Source: Eledone cirrhosa (lineage: Eukaryota). From it: a stretch of 64,000 nt of DNA. The position numbers and the translations under genes were made by a program. Shown here piece after piece: positions 1-9,625 of the stretch (its first letter is position 1; each line of letters begins with the position of its first letter). The notes beneath the pieces are model-generated. The model saw only the letters and a program-made list of their open reading frames with translations. It did no database searches and had not been told where the DNA came from. Location: the NCBI GenBank assembly GCA_964016885.1, contig OZ024744.1, positions 43,586,001-43,650,000 on the forward strand. Reading direction: 5' to 3'.

Positions 1-57
1 ACTGTCCCAGTCTTTTGTATTGTTCCCTATATGTCGACCCTTGTGGCTAATAAAGGA
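1..57 (+). mobile_element. 3' terminus of a Tx1-like element (family B), cut by the window edge
   Basis: tcccagtcttttgtattg..cccttgtggctaataaaggaa matches the family B 3' ends at ~15140-15198 and ~60520-60577; followed by an ATT tract. Confidence 0.85.
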
Positions 58-70
58 AATAATAATAATA

Positions 71-119
<49 letters not shown>
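58..119 (+). repeat. (AAT)4 then (ATT)n microsatellite spacer
   Basis: Directly visible. Confidence 0.98.
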
Positions 120-327
120 GCGACCTACGTACTAAATCGTATCATCGTGAGCTCCGCAAGGTTTGTTGTTTCCGTTTGTGAAAATTTGCCGTTTATGGAA
201 ATTTTTTATTGTAAACTATATATAAGTGCACATACATTGTTTTCCGAAAAGGACACCCAAAAAGATTGGGGCTTTGTGCCCAAAATTTAAACTTTTATGA
301 TTATCAAAAAATTTCTTTGAAAAAATC

Positions 328-2251
328 ATGGCTGATTCACCTCTGCACCAAACAGCTGAGAGCCTTCCTCACAAACTAACACCTCACACTTGTAAATATT
401 ACTACGTTTTCCAACACTAAAAATTTAAGCAGTAGCAATATTTTAAATTTGTCTTAGGCAGACATTCATTCCCCGCCATTACCAATGACTGCAGGTGTAA
501 AAGCCGCCACTACTACCACCACCGCGACAACAGAAACAGAATAAAAAAATAAATTAACTCGTGATGTCGAAATGAATTCAATCAAAATGAACTCTTCCAC
601 ACCGAACACCACTGACGCCACCACCACCACAACTGAAACTAAAATTAATAATAACAAAAATAACGATAACAACAACAGCAACAATGACATTAAGAAAACC
701 ACCCTGATTTTTTCCAGAGTAGCAAAACAGTGCGAAGCATTTCAGGTAACTCAGGAGGAATTAGAAGATGCCAAAAAGATGGTAAAGAAAGATGGGTACA
801 GGGTCAGCCTCACCCCCACCTAATAAAATGGACCATCGGCGCCTATGCACCGTGCCTTATCGAACAATTAATGTAAAATCGCGCCGAGTGGAACGGGCAT
901 CCGAGTCCCAAATCCAAAAATCTTTGGGACATGTGTGGGCAAGAAAATCCCACATCAGACGTGGGCAGAAATATGGAACCGTGGACGTGTTCTTTGAAAC
1001 ACCAGAGGAGGCTAGAGAACACTCCATGGCCCCATTAAGAAGTGACGAATTCACACTCGTCCCAAGCTATTGTGGCCAGAGAATCGTAAAGATCAGGGTG
1101 ACCCACGTTCCACCGGCCATCGAAATTCCCTGGCTAATAACTGCCGTCCTCGCCAGCATCGAAGCCAACACCAAGATTATAGCAACAGCGAAAGAAAAGC
1201 AAGAGAACTGGTCTAGACCTGGGATGGAGCTCCTGATCCAAACGGACCAAAAAAGCATTGAGGTGATCCCAGAGGAAATAGACCTCACTGACGGCAGCCA
1301 CCTCACCGTATTCGTCGGGGGCAGAAGGCCTAGGTGTGTCGTTTGTGGTGAAGGAACCCACCTAAGGGCTTTTTGCCCTCAGGCTAAAAGGTTGAGGCCA
1401 CCTCTCCTACCCACACCAGTGACTCAACCATCAACACCACCAGCAGCAGAGATGACAGCAACAACTGTAGCAGCAACAACAGAAGCAACTATAACAGCAA
1501 CAACCCCAGCAACAGTAGCAAAACCAACACCACCACCACCCAACGCTTCAGAACTAGCACCAGCGCCTACACCATCCACCACGCCACAACCAAAACTAAC
1601 GCCTGTGGAGGATTCTCCACTCCCCGGCCTATCACAACTGGAGACAAATTGTGACGACGAGGAGTGGGAAACGGTATCAGGAAAAAAGAAAATAAGAAAC
1701 CAAATAAGAAAAAATTCTCTTCCTTCCCCCTCCAAAAACAAAATACAGAGGGAAACAAATAAACTATCAAACAAAAAGGTTAGGACAGACATGCCACATC
1801 CACACCAGCATCACCAAGCCCATCACCCCAAACACCAACACCATCACCATCATTAACCCCATCACCACCATCACCTACACCACAGAATTCACGAAAATGC
1901 GAAACAGAAACAAACCCACAACAAACGCAAACAAAACAAAACAACCAAAACGATACACACTACACAGCATTAAATTTGAAGACCAACCAATTATTACACT
2001 ACATCCAACACAACACCAGCATCACAGAAAAAGACTACACAACAACCCAAAAATTCACACCACCTGCACACATACAAATCACTCGCATCACACAGAAAAC
2101 GTACACGACACTAAAACAAAAATTCCCCAAAGACATCGGAGACTTCCGACAAGCACTCTCCAGGAGGATTTATAAGGACATCCTTCCTGAGGAGGCCACA
2201 AGCAGTGAAAAGGATGGAGAAACCGTACTTCCTCTACGAGAAGTAAGGTAA
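328..2251 (+). pseudogene. Family A ORF1 (Thr/Asn-rich N-terminus, RRM-like region, CX2CX4HX4C zinc knuckle, Pro/Thr linker, C-terminal domain), disrupted
   Basis: ORF pieces 572-823, 792-1856, 1976-2251; GTVDVFFETPEEA; CVVCGEGTHLRAFC; in-frame stop and frameshifts relative to other A copies. Confidence 0.88.
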
Positions 2252-2285
2252 GTGGTCTTTTCCATCTTTTCCACTCCATTTCAAC
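2247..2285 (+). promoter_or_regulatory. Inter-ORF signal: GGTAAGT over the ORF1 stop, then a ~30 nt pyrimidine tract before the ORF2 ATG (also at the other eight ORF1/ORF2 junctions)
   Basis: Same arrangement at ~8536, 11696, ~16915 (GGTAGGT), ~22177, ~33959, ~38250 (AGTAAGT), 46456, ~56839, ~62812; function inferred only. Confidence 0.55.
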
Positions 2286-5200
2286 ATGACCTCATTCAGA
2301 ATAGGCAGCATAAATGCGAGTGGCTTGGAATCGACAGGGAAGCAAGGCCACCTGCTCAACGACCTCAGGTCACTAAACATAGATGTAGTGGCCATCAGCG
2401 AGACCAGAATCTCCGAAGCATGGGCCTTCGCACCGATCTTCGGCGGCTACGATGTGTACGGATCTCCCAGCCGTCCGGGATCGGGGGAGGAGTTGCTGTG
2501 CTTTTTCGGAGAGGTTTTGATCTTGCAATACGGGCCATCTTCCTGGACCCAGAAGGTAAGTTGGTTGTGCGTGACGTGACCAGCGAAGTCGGGCAAGCTT
2601 TCAGGGAGTGGCCGTCTATGCCCTGACAGGAGCAGGGCGGCCTGATTTCTTATGGCGTCTGGAGACCTTTCTTGGAACGTCCCGTTCTTTAGTGTTAATG
2701 GGCGACTGGAACGGGATCTTAGATGCACGCTGGGACTGTGTGGGATTAGTGGATAGGGGAGGAGGGTGCAAGAGTCTCACCAACCTGCCAGACGTTTTGA
2801 ACTGTCTAACAGGTACCGATTGGATTTCCCGAATGTGCCAATGTGGACTTGAACAAATCGCATAGGGTCAGCCAGATCATACCTAGATAGAGTATTTTGT
2901 AGGGAAATAGATAGGTCTAGCATAGGCTGTCCACAATTCAAGATAGTCAGCTACACGGAACACAAATTCGTGATCTGTGTGCTTGGCGTAGATAGGCTTC
3001 ATAGACGAGGACCCGGCTACTGGAAGCTAAACGCGTCCTTACCAGCGCGCAAGGCCTACAGAGACCGGATTAGCGAACTAGTTAAGCGGGCGTTGACGGG
3101 GGCCATCGTCAACAACAAGTGGTGGTTTGCTCTTAAAAGAGCGATTAGAATAGAATCCATTAGGTTTAGTAAGGCTTTAGCAATAGAGAAAAATAGAGCA
3201 GAGGGAGAATTAGTTAGAAAATTAGACGAAGCGCTTAGCAAAGGCATCGCGTCCGACGTACTTGCGGCGAAATTGGCCCTTGACCAATTCTTCAATGCAA
3301 AGCACGAAGGCTGCGTTTTCAGAGCTAGGGTGCGTGCTCTCAGACACGAGGGGACGAAAGGCGTTCAATGGGCCCGACTGGCGGAGGCGCGTCGTGGCAA
3401 CAAAGCCACGATCCGGTCTTTGGTGGACCACGACGGACGCATGCTACTCGATCCCGGGAAAATGAGTGAAGCTTTTCAGCGACAGTTCGCACAGCTGTTC
3501 GGGGGCAGCGGCGGGCCGGCTCGAGGAATGGACTTTAGTGTCTACCTCGACGGACTGCCGCGGCTCTCGGCCACTGAGGCGGAGTGTTGCGAAATGCCGA
3601 TAAGAGCCGCTGAATTACGGGAGGCAATGACTGGCTGCACAAGGTGTAAACCGCCTGTTTTGGGTGGTCTGCCCTATGAACTTTACGTACAAATGCCAGA
3701 CTTGTTCGGAGGCCTCTTGGCGGACGTCTACTGCAACTGGCAACAGAACGGGAGAATTCCCAGCTCTGTGAGCCCAGGAGCTGTGGCGCTGCTGAGAAAG
3801 GATCCGAACAAGGGGGATAATATAGATAATTTCAGGCCCATAACTCTGCTAAACACAGAGTTCAAGATTTTGGCCAAGGTGCTTGCAAAGAGGTTGGCGC
3901 TTGTCGTTGGTGTTCTGGTGGGAGAGGCGCAGACATGCGCCATTCCCGACAGATCAAAACGACAACCTCCACCTCATGCGATACATCGTAGAGAGGGTAG
4001 CTAGGGAACCTGGCACGGGTGGGTCCTTGATCAATTTAGATCAGTCGAAAGCATTCGATAGGGTCGACCATCGTTACCTAGCGGCAGTCCTGAGGGTGGC
4101 TGGCTTTGGGCCCGTCTTCAGAGGCTGTATCGCTGCCATGCACAGCGACATCTGCTCTGTGGTTAGAGTGAACGGTCACCTTTCGGAACTGTTCAACATC
4201 ATGCGCTTGGTCCGCCAAGGATGTCCCCTCTCGTCCCTCTTGTACGTGTTAACTCTCGAGCCATTACTGCACAAACTGGAGACAGTTGAGGGGGATCCCG
4301 CGCGAACTAGGGTGCGGAAGATCCGTGTCAGCATATGCGGACGATGCCACCGTAGTGTTGTCGAACGCCAAACACATCCAGGCGATCGACACTACACTTA
4401 GAGAATAAGAAGCGGTGACAGGAGCAATGATCAACCAGGAAAAGTCAGTGGGCCTGCAGCTCGGCACCTGGAGAGGCAGGTCCATGCCGTCCAACAGCGT
4501 CGTCGGGCACTGGACGGACGGACCGGTTAAATTGCTAGGGGTCTGTTTCGGTCAGGATCTCCAGACGGACAAAAACTGGGACGAGGTGACGAGCAGGATG
4601 ACTTCTCTCACCCAGAAATGGGCGGAGAGGAAGCTATCCCTGAAAGGTCGAGCGGAGGTGGCTAACGCGTACATCGCGTCTGTCATCTGCTACCGCCTGA
4701 CCGTCGTGCCTTGTCCTAAGCCCCGCCTGACTGCGCTGGAGCGTTTGCTCTTTTGCTTTTTTTGTGGAAAGGACGCGCTCCGATGATCAGGAAGTCCATC
4801 TGCTGTCAACACCCGCTACGTGGAGGGCTGGGCATGCCGTGGCTGATGATGAGCAGACACGCGCTCAGGCTACGACATCTCCAACTCTTCCTCGAAGGGT
4901 ATCAGGTGTGGTCGCCGTTTGCTAGACACGTCTTTCCCCAGCTCGTCTCCTTGACGGAGCTGCAGTCCAGGGTTAAGCGAAGACCGAGAGGGAGCGCTTC
5001 GCAGACTGGAATGTCTTCAGGCGCTCACAGCCCTCGACCAATCGGGCAATGTGATCGGTGGAAACTCCACCTTGGCGTTCTATAGGGATTAGTGGAGGGG
5101 AAGAGCGACGACGTACTTGGAGAAACTCTAGGCGTCGACGAAAAACCAACTAGCCAATCTCTTCGGAAGGACTTTCGGGCCGAGGCCTATGGACAACTTC

Positions 5201-5704
5201 CAGAAATCCCTGGCCTGGCAGTGCTACCGAGGAGCTTTGCCAGTTCGGGATAAACTCTACAGGCATGGAGGTGCCGTTAGCCGGGCATGTCCGAGATGCG
5301 CGCTGGGCGACGAAACCGTGCTGCACGCACTCGTCCAGTGTCCGAGCATTGCTGACTTGTGGGTTTATGTCGAACACCTGCTGTCACGTGTAGGACGGAT
5401 CCAGCTATCAGCTGAGTCCATCGTGAGGATTGCCCCGCCCTCTTCCTTTAGCCGGGAAGGGCAGGCAGTTTTTATCTGTCTGGTGGCCATGGTGAAAGAG
5501 ATAGTATGGTGGACACTTTTGAAAGGGCTGAAGACGAGCACTTACCTCTTCGGTGATGCTCTGATTAACTTTTTCGAATTTCATTTAAAAAGGAAAATCA
5601 GGGTAGAGAGGGAAGTGCTCTCTTCCCAGCATTTTGTTGAAAGATGGGTGAGAGAATCAAGTATGGCCCGAATGAATGGGCCTTCTCTGAGTATGTGTCT
5701 GTAA
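2286..5704 (+). pseudogene. Family A ORF2 (APE endonuclease, reverse transcriptase, C-terminal CCHC), frameshifted
   Basis: IGSINA, VVAISET, GDWN, GPGYWKLN, FRPITLLNTEFK, LDQSKAFDRV, RQGCPLS, YADD (~4334), CPRC..ETVLHALVQC, spread over several frames. Confidence 0.95.
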
Positions 5705-5945
5705 ATTAAAGGTGGAAAACTGGGAGAGGGCACTTGCCCTGGTGGTCAGGGTCACTGTGCTCTTTTAATGGGCTTTCTCCACAAATGTCCCTCGGAAGTC
5801 TCCCCCCTATTGGGGAATTTTTATTTGTTATTTTATTACATCCTCTGTTTTTTACACGCAGAAATGCCCATTTGTACCGTCCTGTATTGTCCTGTCTTGT
5901 CCTTAATGTCTACTTTATGTAAACCCTTGTGGTTAATAAAGAAAA

Positions 5946-5946
<1 letters not shown>

Positions 5947-6010
<64 letters not shown>
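5947..6010 (+). repeat. (ATT)n spacer shared tail-to-tail by a Tx1-like (+) and an R4-like (-) copy
   Basis: Directly visible. Confidence 0.98.
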
Positions 6011-6011
<1 letters not shown>

Positions 6012-6012
6012 A

Positions 6013-6264
6013 GTTGCTTTTATCTTGCCTTATGTTCATACGAGTTATCACCAAGTCACAACTAGTGACCTCAAGAGACAACAAGGTCCGCCATGTTCAA
6101 GAAAGAACATACATACTCACACATGCATATTTAGTGTTTAGACTTGTGATGTACTTATATTGACAGAATCTTCCTTAGTATATGGGCAGTTCCCATTAGT
6201 ACTATCTTTTGTATTTCTCCTATACGCGGGTTTCCTGGGAATTGCGATAAGTAATCATTAGACC
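6013..6264 (-). mobile_element. 5'-truncated 3' end of R4/Dong-like family Y
   Basis: Near-identical to 51064-51312 (3' UTR plus last codons of the family Y ORF). Confidence 0.92.

Positions 6265-6329
<65 letters not shown>
6265..6329 (+). repeat. (ATT)n spacer
   Basis: Directly visible. Confidence 0.98.
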
Positions 6330-9274
6330 GGCGACCTACGTAGTAAATCGTATCATCGTGAGCTCCGCAAAGGTTTGTAATTTCCGTTTGTTAAAAATTG
6401 CCATTTATGGAACATTTTTATTGTTAACTATATATAAGCGCACATACATTGTTTTCCGAAAAGGACACCCAAAAAGATTGGGGCCTTGTGCCCAAAATTT
6501 AAACTTTTATGATTATCAAAAAATTTCTTTGAAAAAAAAATGACTAATTCACCTCTGCACCAAGCAGCTGAAAGCCTTCCTCTCAAATTAACACCCCACA
6601 CCGACACCACCATTGTAAATGTTACTACGTTTGCCAACACTAAAAAAAATATAAGCAGTAGCAATATTTTAAATTTGTCTCAAGCAGACATTCATTTCCC
6701 GCCATTACCAATGACTGCAGGTGTTAAAGCCTCCACCACCACCACCACCACCACCGCGACAACCCCCACCCCCACCACCACCGCGACAACAGAAACAAAA
6801 GGAAAAAATAAATCAACTCGTGATGTCGAAATAATTTCAACCAAAATGGACTCTTCCACTTCCACACCGAACACCACTGACGTCACCACCACCACAACTG
6901 AAACTAAAATTAATAATAACAAAAATAACGATAACAACAACAGCAACAATGACATTAAAAAAACCACCCTGAGTTTTGCCAGAGTAGCAAAACAGTGCGA
7001 AGCATTTACGGTAACTCAGGAGGAATTAGAAAATGCCAAAAAAATGGTAAAGAAAGATGGGTACAGAGTCAGCCCCCACCTAATAAAATGGAGCATCGGC
7101 GCCTAAGCACCGTGTCGTATAGAACAATTAATGTAAAATCGCGCCGAGTGGAACGGGCATCCGAGTCCCAAATCCAAAAAGCTTTGGAACATGTGTGGGC
7201 AAGAAAAACCCACATCAGACGTGGACAGAAGTATGGAACCGTGGACGTGTTCTTTGAAACACCAGAGGAGGCTAGAGAACACTCCATGGCCCCATTAAGA
7301 AGTGACGACTTCACACTCGTCCCAAGCTATTGTTGTCAGAGACTCGTAAAGATGAAGGTGACCCACGTTCCACCAGCCATCGAAAATCCCTGGCTAATAG
7401 CGGCCGTCCTCGCCGGCATCGAAGCCAACACACACATAATAGCAATAGCAAAAGAAAAGCAGGAGAACTGGTCCGGATCTGGGATGGAGCTCCTGATCCA
7501 AGCGGACCAAAAAAGCATTGAGGAGATCGATCCCAGAAGTAATAGACCTCACTGACGGCAGCCACCTCACCGTAATTGTCGAGGGCAGAAGGCCTAGGTG
7601 TGTCGTTTGTGGTGAAGGAACCCACCTAAGGGCTTTCTGCCCTCAGGCTAAAAGGTTGAGGCCACCTTTCCTACCCACCCCAGTGACACAACCATCAACA
7701 CCACCAGTAGCAGAGATGGCAGCAACAACTGTAGCAGCAACAACAGAAGTAACTATAACAGCAACAACCCCAGCAACAGTAGCAAAACCAACAACACCAC
7801 CACCACCAGCAAAACCAAAACCACCACCACACAACGCTTCAGAACTAGCACCAGCGCCTACACCATCCACCACGCCACAACCAAAACTAACGGCTGTGGA
7901 GGATTCTCCACTCCCCGGCCTATCACAACTGGAGATAAATTGTGACGACGAGGAGTGGGAAACGGTATCAGGAAAAAAAAAACAAACCAAAAAAGAAAAA
8001 AATTCTCTTCCTTCCCCCTCCAAAAAAAAAATACAGAGGGAAACTAATAGATTAAAAAACAAAAACGTTAGGACAGATAGGCCACCATCCACACCAGCAT
8101 CACCAACCCCATCACCCCAAACACCAACACCATCACCATCATTAACCCCAACACCACCATCACCTACACCGTAAAAGTTACCAAAATGCGAAACAGAAAC
8201 AAACCCACAACAAACGCAAACAAAACAAAATAACCAAAACGATACACACTACACAGCATTAAATTTGAACAACAAGCAATTATTACACTACATCCAACAC
8301 AACACCAGCATCACAGAAAAAGACTACACAACAACCCAAACATTCACACCACCTCCACACATACAAATCACTCGCATCACACAGAAAACGTACACGACAC
8401 TAAAACAAAAATTCCCCAAAGACATCGGAGACTTCCGACAAACACTCTCCAGGAGGATTTATAAGGACATCCTTCCTGAGGAGGCCACAAGCAGTGAAAC
8501 GGATGGGAAAACCGTCCTTCCTCTACGAGAAGTAAGGTAAGTGGTCTTTTCCATCTTTTCCACTCCTTTTCAACATGACCTCACTCAGAATAGGCAGCAT
8601 AAATGCGCGTAGATTGGGGTCGTCATGGAAGCAAGGCCACCTGCTCAACGACCTCAGGTCACTAAACATACATGTAGTGGCCATCAGCGAGACCAGAATC
8701 TCCGAAGCACGGGCCTTCGCACCGATCTTAGGCGGCTACGATGTGTACGGATCTCCCAGCCGATCGGGATCGGGGGGAGGAGTTGCTGGACCCAGAAGGT
8801 AAGTTGGTGGTGCTGGACGTGACCAGCGGAGACGGGCAAGCTTTCATGTTAGTGGCCGTCTATGCCCCGACAGGAGCAGGGCGGCCTGAATTCTTCCGGC
8901 GTCTGGAGACCTTTCTTGGAACGTCCCGCTCTTTAGTGTTAGTGGGCGACTGGAACGGGATCTTAGATGCACGCTGGGATTGTGTGGGATTAGTGGATAG
9001 GGAGGAGGGTGCAAGAGTCTCACCAACCAGCTCAGGCGTTTTGAACTGTCTGACACTTGCCCTGGTGGTCAGGGTCACTGTGGTCTTTTAATGGGCTTTC
9101 TCCACAAATGTCCCTCGGAAGTCTCCCCCCCCCCTTTCGGGTAATTTTTCTTTGTTATTTTATTACATCCTCTGTTTTTTTACACGCAGAAATGCCCATT
9201 TGTACCGTCCTGTATTGTCCTGTACTGTCCTTAATGTCTACTTTATGTAAACCCTTGTGGTTAATAAAGAAAAC
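6330..9274 (+). mobile_element. Family A Tx1-like copy with most of ORF2 deleted (ORF1 6540-8540, APE stub 8575-9055, 3' UTR)
   Basis: Colinear with 120-2810, then jumps at ctgtctgaca|cttgccctgg (~9056) to the 3' UTR; ends AATAAA-GAAAAC-(ATT)n. Confidence 0.93.
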
Positions 9275-9302
9275 ATTATTATTATTATTATTATTATTAT
9301 TA
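9275..9302 (+). repeat. (ATT)n spacer
   Basis: Directly visible. Confidence 0.97.
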
Positions 9303-9604
9303 AAAATTGAGAGAGGGCGCTTGCCCTGGTGGTCAGGGTGGCCGTGGTCTTTTGTGTGGTTTCGCCACGTGTATCCCTCGGAGGTTTCCCCCCTATTGTG
9401 AATTTTTCCGTGTTTCAATTTTCATTTTTATTGTTTATATGTTTTTATTGTTTATATGTTTCTATGTCTTTTTTTGCTTTTTCGTTTTTTATATAAATAA
9501 TAAAAATCTTACACGTACAAAACCCACATCGTTCCGTCCTGTACCGTCCTGTGCCGTCTGTAATGTTTTTCTTGATGTCAGCCCTTGTGGCCAATAAAGA
9601 AACC
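9303..9604 (+). mobile_element. 5'-truncated family C copy (3' UTR only)
   Basis: Matches 49927-50200; ends ccaataaagaaacc plus ATT tract 9605-9625. Confidence 0.9.
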
Positions 9605-9625
9605 ATTAATATTATTATTATTATT

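Larger units (their letters stand above)
120..5946 (+). mobile_element. Full-length but degenerate Tx1-like non-LTR retrotransposon, family A
   Basis: 5' end gcgacctacgt shared with copies at 6330, 20298, 60605; two-ORF layout; AATAAA at 5935-5940; ATT tracts on both sides. Confidence 0.95.

Noticed and set aside
1067-1792. Recurrent antisense ORFs over ORF1 and ORF2 in several copies
   Set aside because: Shadows of the A/C-rich sense strand repeated because the element is repeated; endpoints vary and no motifs are evident
2548-2565. Second GGTAAGT inside the APE coding region
   Set aside because: Explained by Gly-Lys-Leu codons in a fixed frame, and changed to GGGAAG in the copy at ~57152
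120-6010. Target-site duplications for the LINE copies
   Set aside because: Cannot be delimited because both flanks are the same simple repeat
5768-6163. ORFs with poly-Leu/Ile/Asn/Tyr runs (also 31331-31870, 41558-42037, 49726-50271, 55861-56289)
   Set aside because: They are translations of (ATT)n tracts and UTRs, with no domain content
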